Both the position numbers and the translations under genes were made by a program. From a virus (Duplodnaviria > Caudoviricetes), in the IMG/VR virus record IMGVR_UViG_3300044634_004299, positions 1 to 54,619 of that record: a stretch of DNA of 54,619 nucleotides, one strand, 5' to 3'. How positions within the stretch are numbered: the first letter of the stretch is position 1; each line of letters opens with the position of its first letter. This document shows positions 1-8,177 of this stretch, in pieces. A model generated the notes under the pieces. It saw only the letters and a list, made by a program, of their open reading frames with translations. It was not told the origin of the DNA and searched no databases.

Positions 1-28
1 TAATATTAGCATTTTATTCCAATATGTT

Positions 29-57
29 AAAAAGTTATACCTGATATAACTTTTTTT
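29..57 (+). terminator. probable intrinsic terminator
   Basis: AAAAAGTTATA-cctga-TATAACTTTTT stem running into T7. Confidence 0.45.
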
Positions 58-63
58 AATATC

Positions 64-300
64 TAAAGTAATACATTAAGATTAACCTTTTATTAACCTT
101 TATTAATAAAAGGTTAATAAAGTTATCCACAGTTTATTAACAACTTTATCAACAACTTACCAACATGTTAATAAACTGTGGATAACTTGTTAATATCCTG
201 TTTATAAAATGTTAATGAATGTTAATAACTTTATTAATGATTTATTAATAAAGGTTAATAATATGTTAATCTTAATGTATTACTTTAAAAGTAATACATT
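64..300. repeat. nested inverted-repeat (branched cruciform) element, candidate replication origin
   Basis: 64-110 vs 241-287 inverted (45/47); inner perfect 23-bp IR 120-142/166-188; further palindromes at 91-119 and 274-300. Confidence 0.85.
123..185. promoter_or_regulatory. pair of inverted consensus DnaA boxes
   Basis: TTATCCACA at 123-131 and TGTGGATAA at 177-185. Confidence 0.7.
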
Positions 301-836
301 ACAAATTGTATTGTTAATATTTTACTTTAAGAGTTGAGTTTTAAGAGCTTTACATTAAAAGCAATACATTTTGTATTGTATTAATGATTTATAAACAATA
401 CAAAATGTATTGTTTTATTGATTAAAAGGGTTAATTTTAATGTTATTTTAATGAATGTTTTAATCATTTTAAGAGCCTTCTAAGAGCTGAAACCCCAGCA
501 ATTCCCAAACCTATTTAATCATTTCTCATAATTCTACAATATTTTTACTATGCATTTTTGTTAAAAAAAACAATACAAAATGTATCATACATAAATGCAT
601 AATTTTATTGAATTATGTATTTTTTATTGCAATAAAATTATGTGTTTATGTATGATTTTATACACAATTTTTTTATACTTACAATAAAATTTTTTACCCT
701 TTTTTATTACAATAAAATTATTTATTGTATGTTAAAATATTACAGTGCAATAAATAATTTATACATATTATTATATATAAAAAATTTTTTAAAGGTTGAG
801 AATATATTGAGAGTGTTTTGAGAAACAAAAGAAAAC

Positions 837-945
837 GGGGGGGGTGTTAAAAATTTTTAAAAAGGATGTTTTAAAAAATGGGGGGTGGGAGGGGGTATAA
901 GACCCACTTAAATTAAAAATTTAAAATTAAAATTATCCCACCGCC
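837..945. other. isolated G-rich tract and GC-rich hairpin
   Basis: G8 (837-844), G6-T-G3-A-G5 (880-895); 881-890 pairs 9/10 with 936-945; inner GGGT-ataag-ACCC. Confidence 0.6.
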
Positions 946-1327
946 GATTTTAAAATTTTTGATAGTTTTTAATAAAAAAGAAAATGTATGATAAAAACAT
1001 AGCAAAATTTTTTGATATTTTAACTTTTGAGATGGTTTACAGTAATTTTATATATAACCATAGCTAAAAATATTCAAAACTCGTTGTAGCTATAAAATAA
1101 TCCAAAATTTAACTATATTACTTTTTTGATATCTAAAACAGTCCCAAATTGTTTTTGGGACTAGGGAAAGTGGTTATTTTTAAGTTATTTTAGTAAAAAA
1201 ACCTTGTAAGTCCCAACTGTTAGTTGGTTTTTTTACTAGGGAAAAGGGTGTATAATTCCTTAAAAGTCTTGTAATTTATTAGGTTTTTTACTAAAGAAAG
1301 GGTGATTTACACCTTTGATTTTATTTT

Positions 1328-1788
1328 AAACCCTTGTATTTCCTTGGTAAAAAGTTCTAGTGAAAGGGGATTTGACAGTAAAATATCCAAAAAAAGGGTA
1401 GGAAATGTAGGAATTTCCTAGAAAGGGATATAGTTAAGCTATCTAATTGGTGCTTTTTTTTACTATATCTTTTTTCAGTCACTTTTCACCAGAATTTTTT
1501 TTCCAAAATTTTTTTTACTACTCCTCTTATATAGGGACTTGTTTTTTGGATTCTAGGGATTTACAGGGTTCTTCACTTTCCACTCTAGGAAAAATAAGGG
1601 TTCGTTTTAGGGTGTTTTTTGGAAAAGTCAAAAATCTACTCTAGGGATTTCCAATACTTTACATTTTCAAAAAAGGGTGTTTTTGGAAAAAAGACTGGAA
1701 AATGAACCCAGTAAAAATCAGGGTTCATTTTTTATCTAAAGTGTGGTTTGTGGAAAATGAACCCTTATTTTTCCTAGAGTTGATTTTT
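1328..1788 (+). repeat. long inverted repeat, copy A (partner 44459-44952)
   Basis: reverse complement of 44459-44952 with long identical blocks; internal 22-bp IR 1582-1603/1759-1780; recurring C(T/C)AG(G/T)-N7-AGGGTT motif. Confidence 0.95.
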
Positions 1789-2011
1789 AGAATTTTTAGG
1801 GTATTTTTTTAGGATATTTTTTAGTAAATTTTTTATATTTCCAACAAAATTTTTTAGCATTTTTCATTCCAACAAAATTATTTTTATATTACATAAATGT
1901 ATAAAAATAGTATGCAATAATGTTAAATGGTTTTTTAATACAATGTATAACAATAAAATATAATTTGGTGATTTAAAATCAAACAAAACAATCTTTTAGC
2001 ACATAATTTTC

Positions 2012-2040
2012 TTGATTTTAAATCATTCTTAGGTTATAGT
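2012..2040 (+). promoter_or_regulatory. sigma70-like promoter
   Basis: TTGATT-17-TATAGT upstream of ORF 2075. Confidence 0.5.
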
Positions 2041-2074
2041 TATTTTATCTTAAGTATTTTTTATAGTTTAGAAA

Positions 2075-2482
2075 ATGAGGAAAGTTGATATGAGTAGTCT
2101 AAAGGAACTCACAGTTGGAGACCTTAGAAGTAAGATAGACAAAGACAAAACATATGATGAAGATGGTTTTGTAGTTGAAAAACAAGAAAATAACCATAAC
2201 AATGTTGATTTGGAAGAATTAAAAAAATTATCTAAGATTGATAATTCTAATTATGAGTTAGAAAAATTTAGCGAATCGGTTTTACACATAGAACAAAAAA
2301 AGGTAGAACAATACGAATGCTTGCTATCACTAACAGAATTGTTAATGATAGACTTAAAAGAAGAAATTGATTGTTGTAAAGCTAGTAATTTACCAGTTCC
2401 AAAATCAGTTTATGAAAAAGCTAAGAGATTAGCTGATATATTAACACCAAGACAATTAGGAGGAAATAAAAAAAATGGATAA
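2075..2482 (+). CDS. hypothetical protein
   Basis: 135-aa ORF heading the early operon; no recognised motif. Confidence 0.75.
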   Translation: MRKVDMSSLKELTVGDLRSKIDKDKTYDEDGFVVEKQENNHNNVDLEELKKLSKIDNSNYELEKFSESVLHIEQKKVEQYECLLSLTELLMIDLKEEIDCCKASNLPVPKSVYEKAKRLADILTPRQLGGNKKNG

Positions 2483-3284
2483 AAATAAGTTTAAAGTTGC
2501 TATAAGCAATAATGAGGGATATTACCTTATTAACTTTTGTTATGAAAAATTAACAGAAGAACAAAAAGATACAGCATTTGATAATGCAATAAATAATAAC
2601 AAAGGACACTACCTTTTAGAATATTGTTATGAAAATTTAACAGAAAAACAAAAAGATATAGCATTTGTTAATGCTATAAATAATAATAATGGATGTTACC
2701 TTATTAAATTTTGTTATGACAATTTAACAGAAGAACAAATAAAAATAGCATTTGATAATGCTATAAATAATAATATGGGATATTCCATATTAGGGTATTG
2801 TTATGACAATTTAACAGAAGAACACAAAAATAGAGCATTTGATGATGCTATAAATAATAATATGGGAAATTTACTTTTAAGATTTTATTATGAAAAATTA
2901 ACAGAACAACAAAGAAAGATAGCATTTGATGATGCTATAAATAGTAATGAGGAACATCAACTTTTAAATTATTGTTATGACAATTTAACAGAAGAACAAA
3001 TAAAAATAGCATTTGATAATGCTATAAATAATAACAAAGGACACTACCTTTTAGAATATTGTTATGAAAATTTAACAGAAAAACAAAAAGATAAAGCATT
3101 TGATAATGCTATAAATAATAATTGGGGATATTACCTTTTTAAATTTTGTTATGAAAATTTAACAGAAGAACAAAGAAATAGAGCATTTGATAATGCTATA
3201 AATAATAATATGGGATATTCCATATTAGGGTATTGTTATGACAATTTAACAGAAGAACAAATAAAAATAGCAAAAGACAATTAG
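2475..3284 (+). CDS. 29-aa tandem-repeat protein (9 repeats)
   Basis: 5 aa + 9x29 aa + KDN = 269 aa; consensus FDNAINNNxGxxLLxxCYxNLTEEQxxIA; AGGAGG RBS. Confidence 0.92.
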   Translation: MDKNKFKVAISNNEGYYLINFCYEKLTEEQKDTAFDNAINNNKGHYLLEYCYENLTEKQKDIAFVNAINNNNGCYLIKFCYDNLTEEQIKIAFDNAINNNMGYSILGYCYDNLTEEHKNRAFDDAINNNMGNLLLRFYYEKLTEQQRKIAFDDAINSNEEHQLLNYCYDNLTEEQIKIAFDNAINNNKGHYLLEYCYENLTEKQKDKAFDNAINNNWGYYLFKFCYENLTEEQRNRAFDNAINNNMGYSILGYCYDNLTEEQIKIAKDN

Positions 3285-3297
3285 GAGGAAACAAAAA

Positions 3298-3759
3298 ATG
3301 GATAACATAGAATTTGAAAATGCTATAAATAATAACAAGGGTTATTATTTATTAAAAGATTGTTTTTCAAAATTAACAAAAAAACAAATAAAAATAGCAT
3401 TTGATAATGCTATAAATTATAACGATGGGGTTTATTTATTAGTTCATTGTTATAATAATTTAACAAAAAAACAAATAAAGATAGCTTTTGATAATGCTAT
3501 AAATTATAACGAAGGTCACTATTTATTAGTTCATTGTTATAATAATTTAACAAAAAAACAAATAAAGATAGCATTTGATAATGCTATAAATAATGAAAGA
3601 GGTTGTTATTTATTATGTAATTTTTATGAAAATTCAACAGAAGAACAAAAAAAGATAGCATTTGATAATGCTATAAATAATAACAACGGTAGTTTTTTAT
3701 TAAAATATTTTTATAGCAATTTAACAGAAGAACAAATAAAAATAGCAAAAGATAATTAG
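3298..3759 (+). CDS. 29-aa tandem-repeat protein (5 repeats), paralogue of 2475
   Basis: 5 aa + 5x29 aa + KDN = 153 aa; same consensus; AGGAGG RBS. Confidence 0.92.
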   Translation: MDNIEFENAINNNKGYYLLKDCFSKLTKKQIKIAFDNAINYNDGVYLLVHCYNNLTKKQIKIAFDNAINYNEGHYLLVHCYNNLTKKQIKIAFDNAINNERGCYLLCNFYENSTEEQKKIAFDNAINNNNGSFLLKYFYSNLTEEQIKIAKDN

Positions 3760-3769
3760 GATAAAGAAA

Positions 3770-4087
3770 ATGTATAACAGAATAATAACAAAATTTGATT
3801 TTCAAAATCATGATGAAACTATATTAAATGTTAACAATATTAAGAATTTGAAATTTATAAAAAACAAAGATGATACTTACAATATGTATATAGAAGATGA
3901 TTTGTTTTTAGAAAATGTAAGTTTGGATAACAAAAATCACATAAAAAGTTTCATAAAAACAGGTCACAAATGCGATGGTTTTAAAGGCTCTATGTTTTCT
4001 AACGGTTATGAATATGTAGAAATGTTAATACAAACTAATTTTTTAAAATTAGCGGCTCTTTATTTTATAGATAGGGTTGATGAATAA
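3770..4087 (+). CDS. hypothetical protein, distant paralogue of 4510/4899
   Basis: shared NRII..N..N..KF..YI(E/D)D.F pattern. Confidence 0.75.
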   Translation: MYNRIITKFDFQNHDETILNVNNIKNLKFIKNKDDTYNMYIEDDLFLENVSLDNKNHIKSFIKTGHKCDGFKGSMFSNGYEYVEMLIQTNFLKLAALYFIDRVDE

Positions 4088-4316
4088 AATGTTTAAAGAT
4101 AAATTAGAAAAAATTAAAGAAAGTTTAGGAAATAGTATTTACAACATGTTTGAATGGATATTTAAAAATTTTCCATTCATAGTTATTGTATTGTTTGGTT
4201 CTAGTATTATGATTATTGGTATTCAAGGTTGCGAAGATGAAGAAAAGCGGTTGAAGAAAATAGAAAATAGAATAGAAAATTTAGAAAATAAAAATGATAA
4301 AATTAGGAGAATGTAA
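4077..4316 (+). CDS. small membrane protein with C-terminal coiled coil
   Basis: one hydrophobic segment then KRLKKIENRIENLENK. Confidence 0.75.
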   Translation: MMNKMFKDKLEKIKESLGNSIYNMFEWIFKNFPFIVIVLFGSSIMIIGIQGCEDEEKRLKKIENRIENLENKNDKIRRM

Positions 4317-4317
4317 A

Positions 4318-4506
4318 ATGTTTAAAAAATTATTGAAGAACTTATTTTTATGGTTACTGGTTATACTAACACCTGCTATATTTTTATTTATTGTAGCTTT
4401 TATATGTGTAATTACAGGATATGAAACTCCAGAAGATTTATTAGAAAAGAGATTAAATAAAATAGAAAATAGAATAGAAAAATTAGAAAATAAGAAAGGT
4501 TTATAG
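4318..4506 (+). CDS. small membrane protein, paralogue of 4077
   Basis: start moved to 4318 (AGGAG RBS); TM segment then KRLNKIENRIEKLENK. Confidence 0.75.
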   Translation: MFKKLLKNLFLWLLVILTPAIFLFIVAFICVITGYETPEDLLEKRLNKIENRIEKLENKKGL

Positions 4507-4509
4507 AAA

Positions 4510-4902
4510 ATGTGTGATTATAATTCCTTAATGATATTAGGTTTAGCTTGTTTTATGGTATTAGCTTGGTTGTTTTTATTGGTAGATAATAAGGATAATT
4601 TGGATAAAACGAATAGAATTATAAAAATAAAGTATGGTTTAAAAGTTTCAAAAACACTAATGATAAATACTAGTAATGTGGGAGTTTTTAAATTCATAGA
4701 AAATAATGGTTCTTATGAATTTTACATAGATGATATTTTCTATTTAAGTTGTATAGAAAAAGAAAAAAAACAACAAATAGAATGTTTTTTACAATATGGA
4801 GAAACTAGCGACAGAAACTATACAAAATATGAAACTATTGTTTTGTGGGTTATAAATGAAAAATTAGCAAGTTTAACTTATACAGGTATTATAAAAAAAT
4901 GA
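4510..4902 (+). CDS. TM segment fused to a 4899-family domain
   Basis: N-terminal hydrophobic helix; C-terminal part shares IECFLQYGET..TKYETI..YTGIIKK with 4899. Confidence 0.8.
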   Translation: MCDYNSLMILGLACFMVLAWLFLLVDNKDNLDKTNRIIKIKYGLKVSKTLMINTSNVGVFKFIENNGSYEFYIDDIFYLSCIEKEKKQQIECFLQYGETSDRNYTKYETIVLWVINEKLASLTYTGIIKK

Positions 4903-5198
4903 ATAGAATTATAAAAATAAATTATACAGAAGAGTCAGAGATAATATTTGTAAATACTAGCAATGTTAAATTTTTTAAAATCATAAAAGATACTACTTTT
5001 CATGACCTTTATCAATTTTACATAGATGATGTTTTTAGGATTAGTTTTATATCAGAATCAATAAAAGAAAAAATAGAATGTTTTTTACAATATGGAGAAA
5101 CTAGAGAACATCCTCACACAAAATATGAAACTATTATTTTGAAGATTATAGATAAAAAAATAGCGAGTGTAAGTTATACAGGTATTATAAAAAAATGA
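4899..5198 (+). CDS. hypothetical protein, paralogue of 4510
   Basis: clear similarity to the 4510 C-terminal domain. Confidence 0.8.
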   Translation: MNRIIKINYTEESEIIFVNTSNVKFFKIIKDTTFHDLYQFYIDDVFRISFISESIKEKIECFLQYGETREHPHTKYETIILKIIDKKIASVSYTGIIKK

Positions 5199-5776
5199 TT
5201 AAAATATTAGCAGGGTCACACGGTGTAGGTAAAACCACACAATTACAAAAAATAAAAACACATTTTGAGAAATCAAAAAAAGTAATATTTATAGAGGAAA
5301 TTAATACAGCACTAGCTAATTTAGGGTTAGCAATAGATGGTAAGGGTAAAGACTTTGATTTTGTTATGCAGACACAGTTAATAGCACTTAATCTTGGTAT
5401 TGAGGTTTTAAGCTTATTAAAAGAAAGAAAAGAAAATGTTTATATGGATAGATGTTTCTTAGATACTTTTGTTTATACAATGTATTTCTTCTTTAAACAA
5501 AAAGAAAATAGCGAATCATCTTCTTTGATTTTTAATATTATAAAAAATATTATTGAAGAAAAGATTTATTTATTAAAAAATGGTGTTAATATTTACATCT
5601 TAGAACCAAGCAAAGAGTTTTTTGACAGTAACGGTAGGATGGATAGAGATTCTCAGTTAGCAATACACGGTATTTACTTAGAAACAATAAAAAAAATGGG
5701 TGTTCCACATACAATAATAAAAACAACTAATGAAAATTTTAATAATATATCTAATTTTATAATATGTGATAAATGA
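5195..5776 (+). CDS. P-loop nucleotide-kinase-like protein (NadR/Ttd14 AAA_28 type)
   Basis: N-terminal ILAGSHGVGKTT Walker A, FIEE, YMDRCFLD. Confidence 0.75.
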   Translation: MIKILAGSHGVGKTTQLQKIKTHFEKSKKVIFIEEINTALANLGLAIDGKGKDFDFVMQTQLIALNLGIEVLSLLKERKENVYMDRCFLDTFVYTMYFFFKQKENSESSSLIFNIIKNIIEEKIYLLKNGVNIYILEPSKEFFDSNGRMDRDSQLAIHGIYLETIKKMGVPHTIIKTTNENFNNISNFIICDK

Positions 5777-5849
5777 TTTGTTTTGACAAAAATTGTAAAT
5801 GGTTTTAATATTAGGTATTGATTAATTTTTAATTAGGAGAAAATAGGAA

Positions 5850-6320
5850 ATGGTAAAGGTTGAATTTTGTTTAGTTAGCTTGTTTGAAGAAATTAAAAAA
5901 GTTTGTATAAAAAAATGGGTTGTTGAAAATTTTGAAGAATTAGAAAAATGTAATAGTTTCTTTGAGGCTAAGGAATATTACCAAAATGAATTGATTAATA
6001 TTAAAAATGATATTGTTAGATATTTTGTTTTATATAATAATCTTTGGGAAAATAGTTATGAAAATTTTTTAAAAAGTGAATGTTACACAGGGGTTGTAAC
6101 ATTTTTATCACAGTTTGGTATAGAATTAGATGTGAGAATGAACGATGACGGAACTAATTATGAATATAATACAGAAACTGACGAAGAAAATGTAAAATTT
6201 TTAGAATTATTAAAAACCATTTCAACTGAAATATCTTTAGTGATTTTTCATAATACATCTTTGTTAAAAAAATTAGAAGGAGAAACAGAATCTAATTTGA
6301 AATCTCATATAAAAATATAA
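5850..6320 (+). CDS. hypothetical protein
   Basis: AGGAGAAAATAGGAAATG leader; TTGACA promoter near 5783; YENFLKSECY resembles YDNFVKSCKY of 6336. Confidence 0.8.
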   Translation: MVKVEFCLVSLFEEIKKVCIKKWVVENFEELEKCNSFFEAKEYYQNELINIKNDIVRYFVLYNNLWENSYENFLKSECYTGVVTFLSQFGIELDVRMNDDGTNYEYNTETDEENVKFLELLKTISTEISLVIFHNTSLLKKLEGETESNLKSHIKI

Positions 6321-6335
6321 AGGAGAAAATAGGAA

Positions 6336-6821
6336 ATGGAAAAGTTTTTTGAAGATTTTTTAAAAAATAATATAAAAAAAATGTATAACAAAGAAATTTT
6401 AAGTCGTTTTAAACTTTACATGAGTGAAAAAAGACTAAGTAATATTTTTACAAAAGAAACTTTTATATCATATATTAAAAATATTGATTATCACACAAGA
6501 GTTATACTTTTTGAAGATATAATAAAAGACACAATTAAAGATTTGATTGATAAAGTTGTAAATGAAGAAAAAGGTTATGATAATTTTGTAAAAAGTTGTA
6601 AATATAAACAATATATTAATAATTTATTATCCTATGGATTAGGTTTAACAATACTATATTGGGGAGAACGTGATACACCATTTGGAACAGCGTATGAAAG
6701 AAAATTTATAATAGGGTATCAAAATAAAAATTATGGATTATTATTTAATAAAATTATTAAACAACTTAGTTTTTTGTTTGAAGAAACTAATAACCAAAAA
6801 AAATTAAAGGAGAAAAAATAG
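6336..6821 (+). CDS. hypothetical protein, probable paralogue of 5850
   Basis: identical leader; shared motif. Confidence 0.8.
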   Translation: MEKFFEDFLKNNIKKMYNKEILSRFKLYMSEKRLSNIFTKETFISYIKNIDYHTRVILFEDIIKDTIKDLIDKVVNEEKGYDNFVKSCKYKQYINNLLSYGLGLTILYWGERDTPFGTAYERKFIIGYQNKNYGLLFNKIIKQLSFLFEETNNQKKLKEKK

Positions 6822-6824
6822 GAA

Positions 6825-7487
6825 ATGGAAACAACTAAAATAGTTTATGACGAAAAATATACTAGAGGTATGCAAATTTTAGATTATATAAAAGAAATGA
6901 AATTTGAAAATGTAAGAGTAGACAGTTTATATGGTGCGCCTTTTTACTATGTTAATAACATTAAAAATGTTTGTAAACTTCACGGTTGTATAAGTGTGTC
7001 AATAAAAATAGAAAGTATAATTTTCAAAGATGATACTTTAACACTTATAACAAAGGGTGATATCATACAATTTCACAATGTTAAACTTATGGATGAAGTT
7101 GCCTTAAATGGAAACAAAAAAGTAAAAGTAAAAATAGAACTAGATTTATTAGTATTTGTTGATAAAAGTTTTGAGAATCACGTTATTTCTATAGAATTAC
7201 CTGATGAAAAAAACAATAGGTTTATAGCGGTTTATGATTCCATTGTAAATGTAAGAGAAATAACAAATGTAGAAAAACAACATGAAAGTTTAGTAATTTT
7301 TAGCAGAACAGTAAACGATATTGTTATAACACCTTTTAAGGAGGAGGAAGTTGAAGATACAGGTATGTTTAATTCATACAGTGTGTTTTATACTATAGAA
7401 GATGATAGTTTAATAGATACCTTCTATAATAAAATAATAGAATTTCTAGGTAACAAAGAACAAATATTGAAGATAGGTGATTATTAA
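6825..7487 (+). CDS. hypothetical protein
   Basis: 220-aa ORF with the same leader type. Confidence 0.8.
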   Translation: METTKIVYDEKYTRGMQILDYIKEMKFENVRVDSLYGAPFYYVNNIKNVCKLHGCISVSIKIESIIFKDDTLTLITKGDIIQFHNVKLMDEVALNGNKKVKVKIELDLLVFVDKSFENHVISIELPDEKNNRFIAVYDSIVNVREITNVEKQHESLVIFSRTVNDIVITPFKEEEVEDTGMFNSYSVFYTIEDDSLIDTFYNKIIEFLGNKEQILKIGDY

Positions 7488-7755
7488 AATGATAAATAAA
7501 TTATTCACAAAAATATTAAGATGTAAATATTACTATTACAAGTTTGACGAATCACTATTAGAAGATAGTATTTATGATAAATTGGAAATAGAATATAAAA
7601 ATTTATTTGAAAAAAATAAAGACAAAATGAGTGATTCTGTTAGAAATAAACATCAAGGACTTTTAGATATGGTAGGTTTTGATGAAAAATATATTAAATA
7701 TTTAACTGTTGAGAAAAAACAAATGGATTTTTTTAATACTGTTGACAAAAATTAA
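7477..7755 (+). CDS. stand-alone NAD+-dependent ligase domain Ia (Nlig-Ia)-like protein
   Basis: KYYYYKFDESLLEDSIYDKLE matches the YY...(S/E)D..YD.L motif of LigA domain Ia. Confidence 0.7.
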   Translation: MIIKMINKLFTKILRCKYYYYKFDESLLEDSIYDKLEIEYKNLFEKNKDKMSDSVRNKHQGLLDMVGFDEKYIKYLTVEKKQMDFFNTVDKN

Positions 7756-7775
7756 TAAATAGTTTACAATTTATA

Positions 7776-7858
7776 TTGAATCTAATTATTACCGATACGA
7801 TAATTAGATTTACTCTTTCCTTAAACTCCAAGTAGTTAGTGCCTACTTGGAGTTTTTT
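7776..7858 (+). ncRNA. candidate small RNA 1
   Basis: TTGACA-17-TACAAT (7742-7770), 11-bp hairpin, UACUCUUUCCUU linker, strong terminator 7823-7858; no ORF. Confidence 0.55.
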
Positions 7859-7894
7859 ATTTGACAAAAATTAATAAATAGTTTATTATTTATT

Positions 7895-7990
7895 TAAGTT
7901 GGTGTTATTAGAGTTTTCTTCCTAATTTCGCTAGTAACACTAGCTAACTAAAAAAAAAGAGGGGATTGTGTAAACTTCCCCTCTTTTTTT
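7895..7990 (+). ncRNA. candidate small RNA 2
   Basis: duplicated promoter TTGACA-17-TATTAT (7861-7889); 15-bp stem with three G-U pairs; bidirectional terminator 7950-7990. Confidence 0.55.
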
Positions 7991-8050
7991 ATCATAAAAT
8001 TTTTCTGTTAATCAAGAAAAACTTATACAACCTTACCTAATCCTAGGAAT
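7950..8050 (-). ncRNA. candidate small RNA 3 (convergent)
   Basis: minus-strand TTGACA-17-TACAAT (8085-8057) firing into the bidirectional terminator. Confidence 0.4.
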
Positions 8051-8177
8051 AGTTAAATTGTAGAATAAAAAATTAAAATTGTCAAGATTTGATGTTTTTT
8101 TTGTTTGACAATTGAAAATAATATGTGGTAGTATGATTTATATTATTAACACCAAGGTAATTAGGAGAAATTGGGAA

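Noticed and set aside
64-300. Protelomerase (tel) site of a linear phage-plasmid
   Set aside because: No protelomerase or ParA/B motifs recognised; the structure is branched, not one long palindrome
1447-1644. 65-aa ORF inside repeat A
   Set aside because: TTG start without an RBS, Phe-rich from T runs, and the second copy has indels across it
2075-2482. ORF 2075 as terminase small subunit
   Set aside because: Only a faint C-terminal resemblance; a better-placed candidate abuts terL
2490-3747. 87-bp repeats as a CRISPR array or DGR template/variable repeats
   Set aside because: They are in-frame coding units; no cas or reverse transcriptase motifs were seen, and variation is not limited to adenines
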